NCBI GenBank assembly: GCA_964202905.1
Contig: CAXNJO010000004.1
Coordinates: 256,001-320,000 of the forward strand
DNA: 64,000 nt
Origin: Polyangiales bacterium
Lineage (GTDB): Bacteria > Myxococcota_A > Polyangia > Polyangiales > JADJQN01
Direction of reading: 5' to 3'
Part shown: positions 42,986-53,543 of the stretch, one piece after another
Position numbering within the stretch: position 1 is the first letter of the stretch
Layout of the letters: every line of letters begins with the position of its first letter
Made by a program: the position numbers and the translations under genes
The notes under the pieces: generated by a model
Databases searched by the model: none
What the model was told of the DNA's origin: nothing
Seen by the model: only the letters and a program-made list of their open reading frames with translations

Positions 42986-45900
42986 TCAGAAGCAGACGTT
43001 CTCGCGGTCGACGCGTAGCGGGATGACTCCCGAAATGGCGCTCGTTCCGAGCGCAGTGGTGACGCGAACGAATGCATTGCTCCCGCCCGTCGCCGCCGTG
43101 ACACCAAGCTCGAACGGATAGCCGGGCTCCAGATGCCTCCCAAACGCAGCGGGTGTTGCACACGTCCCGACGCAGCGCGTGCTCGTGGTGGCGCCCCCGA
43201 GCGACGTGGGCATCTCGTACGCCACGACAGGACTCGGGTCCGTGGTGTTGAAGCGCAACTCGAAGCGGTCGTCTCGGTAGAGCGTTCGCGGGTCGTCGGG
43301 GGTGTAGGTGATGATCAGCGTCTGATTGATGCTGCCCGACGTGGTCGAGTTCAGATGGACCGCGGTTGGAGGCACAACCGTCCCTAGCGTCGTGCGAGCA
43401 CCACTCGCGTCCGTGACGACCACCGACACCTGATCCGCCTCGGTCGCGAGAGCACCGGTGAAGAAACGCCACTCGACGGAGAGTGAATTGGGGCGGGACC
43501 GTGGCGTGCCGACGCTGCCCGTGTAGCCGGTGTCACGGTCGCCCGTTCCCGTCCGCGCCAGCACGACGGACCAGCCATCTGCGGGATACGTCGTGGTGCC
43601 GCGTGCAACCTGAGCCTGCACGAGGAACGTCAACGGTCCCCAACCGACGTAGGGCCGCGACTGCGTCAGCGTGGCGCTCCGGGTCCAGAGCGCACGCCGA
43701 CCGGCTGAACAACGGTGCGACCGTCGTGCCGGCGCTCACCAGCCGAACCCCAATGTCACTGACTGGAGTACCGAAGTTTCCGCACGTCGGGCCCCCGGAG
43801 ACCGGGCCCCCGGAGACCGGGCCCCCGGAGACCGTGAGTTCGTTGCAGGCGAACGAGTCACTCACGATGGCGGTCGCGATACTCGCGTCCGTCGTCGTCA
43901 CCGGATCTCCGTCGTCCTCGCAGTAGTTGCAGACTTCGGACGCCGTCCAGCAGGAGGAATCGAGATACGCGCAGTTGGTGTCGCAGCGGCGGCGACCGTT
44001 GGTCACCGTTCCACAAACGATGGGATAGGTGTTCGAGACGACCGGCGCAGTCGCGGTGAGCGAACACGCGGTGATGCTGTTCTGCGCGCACGCGAAGCCC
44101 TCGTCGACGAGGCCGTCGCCGTCGTCGTCGGCGGCGTTGCACGTCGGAGGATTTGCGGGCCCCTCGTCGGCCGTGCGGCAGGTGTCCCAACCACGGCAAT
44201 CGCCGCGACAGACCTGAGTCGCGCCTGCGACGCCGGAGGGCGTCGTGCACGAACGCGTCTGCCCCTGAAAACACGGGTCCATCCCGTCCGCGTCGAAGCC
44301 CTCGTCGAGCGATCCGTCGCGGTCGTCGTCGCAGCCATTGCACGTCTCGACGGCCGCGGCGCACGTGGTCGACGACGACGGCACTCCGCACGCGGCCGTG
44401 CAGGCGTACGTGCCGGGTGTGCCGCAGGCCGTGACGCAGGCGTTGCCGGTGCTGCTCCGCACGCAAGCGTAGCCATCATCCAAGATGCCATCGCAGTCGT
44501 CGTCGGCGCCGTTGCACGTCTCCGTCGGCAGGCTCGGCGAGAACGTCTCGCTGGTGCAGGTCGGGCCGCAGACGTACGTGCCGGAGACGCTGCCCGCCGT
44601 CGTGCACGCTCCGAAGGTGCCCATGCCCGCGCGCGCGGTGCCGAAGACGCACAGAAAGCCATCGTCGGCGATGCCATCGCAGTCGTCGTCGAGGCCGTTG
44701 CACAGCTCGGCGCGCATCGGCGTCCGCGACGAGTCCGAGTCGTTGCAGTCACCGGCGACGTTCGCGTAGCCGCTCGGGCAGAAACCGGCGGCCATGCGCG
44801 ATGCGTCGCGACAGATCGTCGTGATCGCCGTGCCGCTGCCAAATCCATCGCTGTCGGCGTCGAGGTAGCAGCTCGCGGCGAGCAGCGTCTCGTCGGTCAT
44901 CCCGTCGCAGTCGTCGTCGAGGCCGTTGCACGTCTCGGTGAGCGTGCCCGGATCGATGTTGCCGCTGCACGAAGCCCACGCGCCCGCGATGCAGAGCTGC
45001 GTGCCCGCGCGGCAGACGCCGCGGATCGGCGAGCCGCCGCCGCACGCGCGCGACGATCCGTCGATGCAGGCGCAGCCTTCGTTCGCCGTGCTGTCGCAGT
45101 CCTCGTCGCGCATCGTCGCGTCGCAGACCTCGACGCCGACGGGCGAGCTGCTCGCGCGCGCGTCGTCGCAATCGCCACTGGCCGCCACGAAGCCCGTGGG
45201 CGCCGTGCAGCCCGTCGCCGTCGTCGCGAGCGCGCCGAAGCCGTCGCCGTCGGCGTCACGGTAGTAGGTACGCGTGACGCCCTCGTCGATCGTCCCGTCA
45301 CAGTCGTCGTCGACGCCGTTGCACGTCTCCGTGCCGCCCGGGCGCACCACGCCGTTCGCGTCGTTGCAATCGGTGTTCGCCGCGGTGCCGCCCGCATTCG
45401 TGTAGCCGCTCGGGCAGCTCCCGACGGCCGAGCGCGAAGGGTCCGCGCAGAGCGTCGTGATCACGGCGCCGCTGCCGAATCCATCGCTGTCGGCGTCGAG
45501 GTAGCAGCTCGCGGCGAGGAGCGTCTCGTCAGTCATCCCGTCGCAGTCGTCGTCGAGGCCGTTGCAGGTCTCGGTGAGCGTGCCCGGATCGATGTTGCCG
45601 CTGCACCCGGCCCACGCGCCCGCGATGCAGCGCTGCACGCCTGCGCGGCACGCCCCGCGGACCGGCGCACCGCCGCCGCAGGCCCGCGTCGCCCCATCCG
45701 TGCACGCGCAGCCCTCGTTCGCCGCGCCGTCGCAGTCCTCGTCGAGCGGCATCGCCGCCGCGTCGCACGCCTCGGTACCGACCGGCGAGACGAACGGGCG
45801 CGTGTCGTCGCAGTCACCCGCGGCCGCGACGTAGCCGGCCGGCGCTCCGCAGACGCTCAGCTGCATCGTCATCACGCCGAAGCCGTCGCCGTCCGCGTCG

Positions 45901-46961
45901 CGGTAGTAGGTCACCGGCGGCGCGCCCTCGTCGTCCGTGCCGTCGCAGTCGTCGTCGATGAGGTTGCAGATGTCCGCGGCGCCGGGGAAACGCGCGGGGT
46001 TCGTGTCGTCGCAGTCGTTCGCGCCGGCCGCGAAGCCCGGCGGCGGGCTGCACTGATCGTCGACGAAGACGGCCGTCTGACCGAAGCTGTCGCCGTCGTC
46101 GTCGCGGTAGAAACGCGGGAGCACACCATCGTCGACGATGCCATCGCAGTCGTCGTCGCGAACGTTGCAGAACTCGTCCGCGGGCAGGACGTCCTCGAGG
46201 CACTCCGAGCCGAGCACGCCACCCGCGCAGATCGAGATTCCGTCCGCACAAATGCCGATGCCGCGCGTGCCCGCGGGGCCGCCGTAGCAGGGGCGACGCT
46301 CACCGTCGCTGCACGGGCAGCCGACGTCCGGTACGCCGTCGCAGTCGTCGTCGGCGCCGTTGCAGTTCATCGCGGGGCCGTCCGCGACGCCGGGGCGCAC
46401 GAGCGCGTTCGCGTCGTCGCAGTCGGTCCCGCAGGTCGTGCCGTTGCAGCACGCGGCCGACCCGGCGCCGTCCATGTCCGCGTCGACGAAGCCGAAGGTC
46501 GCGTCGTTGCAGTCTTCATCGTTGCCGTCGCAGACTTCCGTCGCGCCCGGGTAGCGCGTCGCGTCGGTGTCGTCGCAATCGTCGCCGCCGCACGCGACCG
46601 AGTCGACGCCGTCGCCGTCGAGGTCCTCGCAGATCGTACGGCAGTCGTTCGCCGACTCGTCGCAGGTCTCGGTCGCTGCGCACGGCGCGTCGCCCGGCAC
46701 GCAGCCGCGCACGTCGGCCATCGCCGACGCGGGCGCGCACATCTCACGACCGTTGCAGAACAAACCATCGTTGCAGTCGACGTCGCCCGTGCAGGTCACG
46801 CGTGCGTCGACGTCGCCGAGATCGATGGTCGCGCCGTCGAACGACGCGTCGAGGCCGGGGGTCACGGCGCCGTCGCCACAGGCGACGAGCAGGGCCACGC
46901 CCGCGGCGACGACGAAGCGCGCGAGCGGGGCGCGGCGGGCCGAACCGAAACGGATAGCCAT
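42986..46961 (-). CDS. Giant Cys/Asp-rich repeat lipoprotein (MopE-related DxDCDG repeats) with C-terminal L-type-lectin-like domain; frameshift near 43695
   Basis: Lipobox LLVAC; more than 10 ExCNGxDDDCDG and YRDADGDGFG units; after the shift ALWTRS..PADGWSVVL..NSLSVEW..LGVTAATGG (legume-lectin-like motifs). Confidence 0.8.
43788..43832. repeat. 15-bp perfect tandem repeat, 3 copies
   Basis: CGGGCCCCCGGAGAC x3, encoding VSGGP repeats on the minus strand. Confidence 0.9.
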
Positions 46962-47085
46962 GTGTCCCCTCAATCGGTGCAGGTCGCGGCCCCTACCCAG
47001 GCCGCACACCCGCGAAAGGGCGCAGCGTATCGCCGTGGTCGCCGTCCCGTCAACGCTCCCTTGACCGGGGCCGCAGCGGGCGTGT

Positions 47086-48977
47086 TCAGCCGTCCGCGGC
47101 CGCAAATTGGAGGCTGTGCAGGCGCGCGTAGACACCGCCCATCGCGAGCAGCGCGTCGTGGGTGCCCTGCTCGACGATCTCCCCGCGGTGAAAGACCAGG
47201 ATCCGATCAGCCTTGCGGATGGTCGAGAGGCGGTGCGCGATGACGATGGCGGTCCGCCCCGCGAGGACTTCGTCGACGGCCGCTTGGAGACGCGCCTCCG
47301 TCTCGCTGTCGACGTTGGCGGTCGCCTCGTCGAGCACGAGCAGCTCCGCGTCGCGGTAGAGCGCCCGCGCGAACGCGAGGAGTTGCCGCTCTCCGGCGCT
47401 GAAGTTCGAGCCGCGCTCCTGGCAGCGCGACGTCAGGCCGCCCTCGCGCGCCTCGACCAGCGCGGCGGCGCCGACCCGCTCGAGCGCGCGGCGGGCGCGC
47501 GCGGCGTCGGGGTGCGGGTCCCCGAGCGCGATGTTCTCGAGGATGGTGCCCGCGAAGAGGAAGACATCCTGCGGGACGACGGCGAAGCGCTCGCGCAGGG
47601 CCGTCCGCTCGAGGGTCCGCACGTCCTCGCCGCCGACGATCACCGCGCCGCCGCTCACCTCGTAGAGCCGCAGGATCAGCCCGGTGACGGTGGTCTTGCC
47701 GGCGCCGGTCGCGCCGACGATCGCGATCTTCTCGCCGCGCACGACGTCGAAGCTCACGCCGCGGAGCACGGGCGCGCCCGGGCGATACGCGAAGTGCACG
47801 TCGTCGAAACGCACGAGCACGTCGTCCGGCACGGGCGCCCGCAGCGGCGGGACCTGCTCGTCGCGCGGGGCGTCGGGTTCGTCGACGTCGAGCAGCGCGA
47901 AGATGCGCTCGGCCGAGGCGAGCGATTGCTGCACCACGGTGTACTTCGTCGAGAGATCCCGGATCGGCACGAAGAAGCGCTGGATGTAGTCGTAGAAGGC
48001 GACCACCGTGCCGACGTACGCGAGCGACGCCGCGCCGTCTGCGAGCGCACCAGCGCGGACCCCGGCGTACCAGAGCACCAGCGCGACGCACGCGGCCGCG
48101 ACCGACTCGACCGTGGAGTAGAGCAGCGCGTCGAACTTGATCGAGCGGCGGTTCGCGTCCCGGTAGGCGCGGTTGATGACGTCGTAGTCCGCCGCGCAGG
48201 ACGCCTCGCGGCCGAAGGCCTGCACGATGGCAATCCCCTGCACCTGCTCGCTGAGATAGGCGTTCAGCTGGGCGGTGCGCGCGCGGATGGCGCGGAACGC
48301 GGCGCGCGCGTAGCGGCGGAAGATCTCGACCGCGACCGCGAGCGGCGGCAGCGCTGCGAAGGCGACGAGCGAGAGCCGCCAGTCGAGCGCGAGCATGAAT
48401 CCCACGATGCCGAGCAACATCAGCACGTCGCCGACCGCGGTGACGGCGCCCGACGCGAAGAGCTCGGTCATCGTGTCGATGTCGTTGGTGACGCGCGTGA
48501 CGATCCGGCCGATCGGCGTGCGGTCGAAGTAGCCCACGCGCAGCCCCTGCACGTGCGCGAACACCGCGCGGCGCAAGCCGGCCATCGCGCGCTGCCCCGC
48601 GAGTTGCATCGCGTAGACCTGCCCGAAACGCGCGACGAACTCGACCGCGACGGCCACGAGAAACAGGCTGCTGATCTGCGCGAGCACGGTGCTCGGCTCT
48701 TGCGCGACGGCGGCGTCGATCGCGCGCTTGACCAACAACGGGAGAAAGAGCGACGCGACCGCCGCGACCGGCATCAGCGCGAGCGCCGTGACGAAGAGCG
48801 CCGCGTGCGGACGCGCGAAGGGGATCAACCGCGAGAGCAGCTCCCGATCGAGTTTCGGCGCGGGCTGCGTCTCCTCGTGGAAGGCCGCGAGCAGCCGGGC
48901 CGCGCGCGCGCCGGGGGCATCGGCCTCGGGCTTGGGAGGGCGCGCGGTCTCTGCGCCCGTCGGCGGCGCGGGCTCAC
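47086..48977 (-). CDS. ABC exporter fused permease/ATPase, subunit 2 of a heterodimer (probable 1-nt deletion near 48970)
   Basis: TM domain plus GATGAGKT, FSAGERQ, LVLDEAT, IAHRLST; frame stays open upstream of 48828 (AFHEE..DRELLSRL), and the GTGA start at 48977 is one base out of frame. Confidence 0.88.
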
Positions 48978-50788
48978 AGGCCGAGCTCCCGCTCGAGGCG
49001 CTGCCGCGCCGCGAGCTTCGCGTAGAGGCCGTCGCGCGCGACGAGTTCGTCGTGTGTGCCGCGCTCGGTGATGCGCCCCCCGTCGAGCACGACGATGTGA
49101 TCGGCGCGCGACGAGGCTGCGACGCGGTGCGTCACGAGCACGAGTGTCCGCCCCTCCCCCGCGCGATCGAGCGCCTGGAGGATTTGTGCCTCGGTGCGCG
49201 CGTCGACGGCGCTCAGCGGATCGTCGAGCACCAGGACCGCGGGCTCGGCGAGCAGCGCGCGCGCGAGGGCGATGCGCTGCTTCTGCCCGCCGGAGAGCTG
49301 CACGCCGCGCTCGCCGACGACGGTGTCGAAGGCATCGGGCATCGCCTCGATCTCCTCGAGGATCGCGGCCTCGCGCGCCGCCTCGCGGATCCGCCCGCGC
49401 GCGTCGGGGGCGTCCGGGTCCGCGAGCGAGAAGCCGATGTTGCGCGCGATCGTGGTCGAGAAGAGGAAGGGCTCCTGCTGTGCATAGCCGACCGCCTGGC
49501 GCAACGTGCGCGCGCGCAGCTGCGTGACATCGTCCCCATCGAGAAACACGCTGCCCGGAGGCGTCGGCAGGAGGCGCGGGAGCAACGCCGCGAGCGTGCT
49601 CTTGCCGCTCCCCGTCGGACCGACGACCGCGAGCGAGCCGCCCGCGGGCACGGCGAGCGAGACGTCGTCGAGGACCGGCGGCGCGCCCTCGCGGAAGGCG
49701 TAGCTGAGGTGCTCGACGCGGAGCGCGCCTTCGGTCTGCGCGGGCCGCGCGTCCGGCGCATCGACGACGTCCGGCGTGGCGTCGAGCAGCTCGCGCACGC
49801 GGGCGTAGGACGCGCGGCCGCGCTGCACGACCGAGAGGATGTAGCCGAAGGCCAGCGTGGGCCACACCAGCTGGGCGAGGTACGCGCTGAACTTCGCGAA
49901 CTCGCCGACGGTGAGCTCGCCCGTGAAGAGCATCTCCCCGCCGACCTGAATGACGATCAGCGTCCCGGCGGAGCTGACGAGCATGAGCACCGGCCACATC
50001 ACGCCCCGCAGCACGACGAGGGCCATGTTCTTCGCGAGGGCGGCCTCGTTCGCTTCGTCGAAGCGCCGCCGCTCGTACGACTCGACGGCGAAGGCGCGCA
50101 CCACGCGCACGCCCGCGAGCTGCTCCTGCACGCGCTCGGAGAGCTTCCCCGCGGCCGACTGCGCCTCGGTCGAGCGCTTGTACATCGCGCGGGAGAACCA
50201 GCGTGCGAGCACGACGAAGAGCGGGTACGGCAGCAGCGCGAGCAGCGTGAGACGCGGCGAGGTCGCGAGCATCAGGGCGATCGCGCTCACCCACGCGATT
50301 ACGCTGTTGACCACGTTGAGCACGCCGAAGCCGAGCAGCAGCCGCACCTGGCCGAGGTCGTTGATCGCGCGCGAGAGGATGTCGCCCGTTGGCATCCGCC
50401 GGAAGAACGAGGGGCCGAGCGCGTGCAGGCGGTCGAGGAGCTCGCCGCGCAGCGTGTATTCGGCGTCGCGGGCGGCGTCGAAGACCTCGATGCGCGAGAG
50501 CGTGCGGACGACGCCCATGATCACGGCCGCGGCGACGACCGCGAGCGCGAAGTCGCGGACGACGGTCCATCGCCCCGCGCGCAGGCCGTCGATCGCGTGC
50601 TGCAAGAGCCACGGGATCGCCTTGTCGAGCGCGTTGGTGACGAGCACCCAGAAGAGGCCCACGAACACCGCGCGGCGGTGCGGGCGCAGGTAGCTCCACA
50701 TGCTGCGCGGCGGCGACGCGGGGCGCGCGGCGTCGGATGCGGGCGCCGCGAGGCCGGGGCGAGGAGCGCTCGGGTTCGGTCGGGTCAC
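48974..50788 (-). CDS. ABC exporter fused permease/ATPase, subunit 1
   Basis: TGDILSR, GPTGSGKS, LSGGQKQR, LVLDDPLSAVD, VTHR. Start at 50788 (GTG) or 50701 (ATG). Confidence 0.92.
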   Translation of the reverse strand: MTRPNPSAPRPGLAAPASDAARPASPPRSMWSYLRPHRRAVFVGLFWVLVTNALDKAIPWLLQHAIDGLRAGRWTVVRDFALAVVAAAVIMGVVRTLSRIEVFDAARDAEYTLRGELLDRLHALGPSFFRRMPTGDILSRAINDLGQVRLLLGFGVLNVVNSVIAWVSAIALMLATSPRLTLLALLPYPLFVVLARWFSRAMYKRSTEAQSAAGKLSERVQEQLAGVRVVRAFAVESYERRRFDEANEAALAKNMALVVLRGVMWPVLMLVSSAGTLIVIQVGGEMLFTGELTVGEFAKFSAYLAQLVWPTLAFGYILSVVQRGRASYARVRELLDATPDVVDAPDARPAQTEGALRVEHLSYAFREGAPPVLDDVSLAVPAGGSLAVVGPTGSGKSTLAALLPRLLPTPPGSVFLDGDDVTQLRARTLRQAVGYAQQEPFLFSTTIARNIGFSLADPDAPDARGRIREAAREAAILEEIEAMPDAFDTVVGERGVQLSGGQKQRIALARALLAEPAVLVLDDPLSAVDARTEAQILQALDRAGEGRTLVLVTHRVAASSRADHIVVLDGGRITERGTHDELVARDGLYAKLAARQRLERELGL

Positions 50789-50926
50789 GCGATGCCGCGC
50801 AGTCTGGGTCGGACGCCGGCGGGGGCAACCCCACAGAACGAGGACGCGCCCGCGCCCCGCCACGAGGGCGGAGCGGGGCGCGCGAGGGTCACGGCAGACA
50901 CGCCGCGGGGGGCGACGACGGCAGGT

Positions 50927-52759
50927 TCAGCGGCGCGCGCGGGCGCGGCGACGGGCGCCGACACCGAGCGCGCAGAGCGCGAGCAGCGCGGCCCAGCCGC
51001 CCCGCGTCGTGTCGCCGCCGGGCACCGCACATCCGCATCCGTCGTCGTTGCGGAGGCCGGCGCGCGGCGCCGCGGGGCTACAGATCCGCGTCGCGCCGTC
51101 GGCCGTCGTCGTGCACGAGAAGCCCGTCGGGCACGGCACACCGTCGGTGCAGAGGCGGGTGCAGTACGCCGAGTCGCCGTCGCGCGCGCAGATGTCGCTC
51201 AGGCAGTCGGTGTTGGACGCGCAATCCTCGCCGAGGCCGCCGGCGTCACCCACGCACACCGAGACGGCGCCCGCCGAGGTGCACGTGTAGCGCGCGGGGC
51301 ACGGGTTGGCCGTGTCGCAGATGTCCGTGCAGAAGCGGCGGTCGCCGAGCGTCGCGCAGATGCCGGAGGTGCAGTCGTCGTTCGACTCGCAGAGGTCACC
51401 GAGCGCCCCGCTCGTCTTGCACGCGCCGCAGGTGGGCGTGGCGCCGACCTGACAGGCGTAGCCCGCGGGGCACGTCGCCGCGCCGCCCGGTACGCATGGC
51501 TGGGCGCAGACGCCCGCGCTGCAGAACAGCGAGGCGCACTGCGTGTCCTCGGAGCACGACGAGCCGAGCGCGCCGCCGCCGGCCGCGCCCGCGCGACACA
51601 CGCCGTCGTTGCACGTGCCGACGAAGTCACCGTCGCAGTAGAAGCCCGCGGGGCACGACGTGGTGTTGAGCCAGTCGCAGGTCTGCGAGCATGCGCCACC
51701 GACGCAGAGACCGGAGGCGCACTCGCCCGCGGCGGCACAAGGCGCACCGAGCGCAGCGCCTGCCGGACGCGGCTCGCACGCGCGGGTGGTCGTGTTGCAG
51801 CGCTCGGTCGCGGCGCAGTCGCTGTCACGCGCGCAGCCCGAGGGCGTGCTGCTGCCGGAGCAGTCCGGCTGGCCTCCGACGAGGCGGACGCACTGGCCCA
51901 CGCCGCCGAGATCGGCGCAGATGTCGCCCGCCGCCGCGTCGCAGTCCGCGCCCGAGCGGCAGTTGCGACCGCAGAAATAGCCCCCCGACGGGTAGCCGAG
52001 GCAGTACGAGCCCGAGCCCGCGCAGTCGCTGCCGCTGCTGCACGGCGAGCAGACGCTGCCATCACCCGTCATGGTCATGCACATCCCGGCCGTGCACACC
52101 TGGCCGGCGGGACAGCCCGTCGTGGTGCAGTCCGGCGGCGTCGCTCCGCCCGGGTAGAGCGCGCAGATGCCCGTCGCGTCGTCCCCGTTGAGCGTCGCGA
52201 CGCCCCCCGAGTACGCGTAGTACATCGTGGCGCTGGCGTCGCTCGAGTGGCCGAGGCCGAAGTAATGGCCCGCCTCGTGCGCGACGATCGAGTACGTGTT
52301 GACGTTCGAGCCGCGCCCCGCGCCCTCGATCCACGTGTAATTCTGGCCGTTCATCTCCATGTCGGCTTCGCCGATGCGCCGCGACCACTTCGGGCCGGTC
52401 ACGCCGATCGCGCCCGAGCCGTGACGCCAACCCGACTCGACCCAGCTGACGATGGACAGGCCGTCGGAGCCGCTCACGCTGGCGCGGGCCGAGGTCCGCC
52501 CGCCGTACGCCACCGTCAGCGAGGTGCCGCAAGCGACGCGCGTCCAGTCCTCGAAGCCGCGCTGGACGATGGGCTCGAGCGTTGCGATGGGGAGGTCGCC
52601 GCTGCCCGCGCTGTTGAGCGCGTACGGCACCGGCGGCGCCCACACGGGGCGGCTGCCGTCGATGGGCGTCCAGGCGCGTGCTGCGGGAACCACGACGCCG
52701 AGCGCGAGAACGAGCGCAGCGCCGAGCGCGAGAGAGCGCGTACGATCGGTGCGGCTCAT
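50927..52759 (-). CDS. Matrixin (M10-like) zinc metalloprotease with Cys-rich repeats and MYXO-CTERM anchor
   Basis: Signal peptide; HEAGHYFGLGHS plus Met-turn ATMY; LGxxCxxxxxCxSxxC repeats; C-terminal GCGCAV..WAALLALCALGVGARRRARARR. Confidence 0.9.
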   Translation of the reverse strand: MSRTDRTRSLALGAALVLALGVVVPAARAWTPIDGSRPVWAPPVPYALNSAGSGDLPIATLEPIVQRGFEDWTRVACGTSLTVAYGGRTSARASVSGSDGLSIVSWVESGWRHGSGAIGVTGPKWSRRIGEADMEMNGQNYTWIEGAGRGSNVNTYSIVAHEAGHYFGLGHSSDASATMYYAYSGGVATLNGDDATGICALYPGGATPPDCTTTGCPAGQVCTAGMCMTMTGDGSVCSPCSSGSDCAGSGSYCLGYPSGGYFCGRNCRSGADCDAAAGDICADLGGVGQCVRLVGGQPDCSGSSTPSGCARDSDCAATERCNTTTRACEPRPAGAALGAPCAAAGECASGLCVGGACSQTCDWLNTTSCPAGFYCDGDFVGTCNDGVCRAGAAGGGALGSSCSEDTQCASLFCSAGVCAQPCVPGGAATCPAGYACQVGATPTCGACKTSGALGDLCESNDDCTSGICATLGDRRFCTDICDTANPCPARYTCTSAGAVSVCVGDAGGLGEDCASNTDCLSDICARDGDSAYCTRLCTDGVPCPTGFSCTTTADGATRICSPAAPRAGLRNDDGCGCAVPGGDTTRGGWAALLALCALGVGARRRARARR

Positions 52760-53361
52760 GGCGCCACCCCCGGGAAGGCGGCCATGCGACGCACGAGGGC
52801 TGCGAAGGCGCCGTATTCCATCGCGCGCTCACCTTCGACGTGACCGACCGTCATCTGACCGTCGGCCCAGCGCGCGAAGCTCACGCTCGACAGGTCGCGC
52901 GCGACCGTCGTCGGCATTCCCGGCACGCCGCGGCGCACCACGAACTTGCCCTGCACGAAGCCGAGCGTGCGCAGATGGCCCTCGACATCGCGCTTGAGGA
53001 TCACGACGACCTCCTCGTTCGGTCGGTAGCGGGGCGTCCCGTCGATCCAGGTTCCGCCGCCGTTCCACACGCCGCCGAGCTCCTCGACCTCGACGACGGT
53101 CGCCGTGGGCGCGCGGCTCGTGGACTTCAGCCACGCGCTCGCGCGGATGCGCGTGACCGTCCACGGCTCGAGCTCGCCAGTGCGGAGATCCATCCGCACC
53201 GCGCTGCGCTCGACGACACCGCGCACGATCGCGTCGGCGTCACGGACCATGTCCTCGAGCGCGAGCTCGACCATGACCGTGGCTCGAGCGGGGCGGGCGG
53301 TGGCGAGCAGCGCCACCAGCGCCGCGAGCGCCGCGAAGAACGGGAGATGCTTGCGTGACAT
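52756..53361 (-). CDS. Secreted protein resembling a protease N-terminal/pro-domain
   Basis: Signal MSRKH..PARA, then TVMVELALEDMVRDADAIVRGVV..LGG..G.PRYRPNEEVVVIL..GFVQGKF; ATGA overlap with the matrixin start. Confidence 0.7.
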   Translation of the reverse strand: MSRKHLPFFAALAALVALLATARPARATVMVELALEDMVRDADAIVRGVVERSAVRMDLRTGELEPWTVTRIRASAWLKSTSRAPTATVVEVEELGGVWNGGGTWIDGTPRYRPNEEVVVILKRDVEGHLRTLGFVQGKFVVRRGVPGMPTTVARDLSSVSFARWADGQMTVGHVEGERAMEYGAFAALVRRMAAFPGVAP

Positions 53362-53543
53362 GCGAAGCCCTTTCGATGCAGACGATGCCCGGAAACCGTA
53401 CACGACCCGGCGCGCGGGCGTCACGCGGGTGACGTCGCACGCGGACGAACCGCCGGGAGGTGGGGCCGACGCGGGGGAAGACCATGCGTGGCAAATTGCC
53501 GCACATGACGCGATCATCGCGCGGCGCGACCGCCGGGTGCCCG

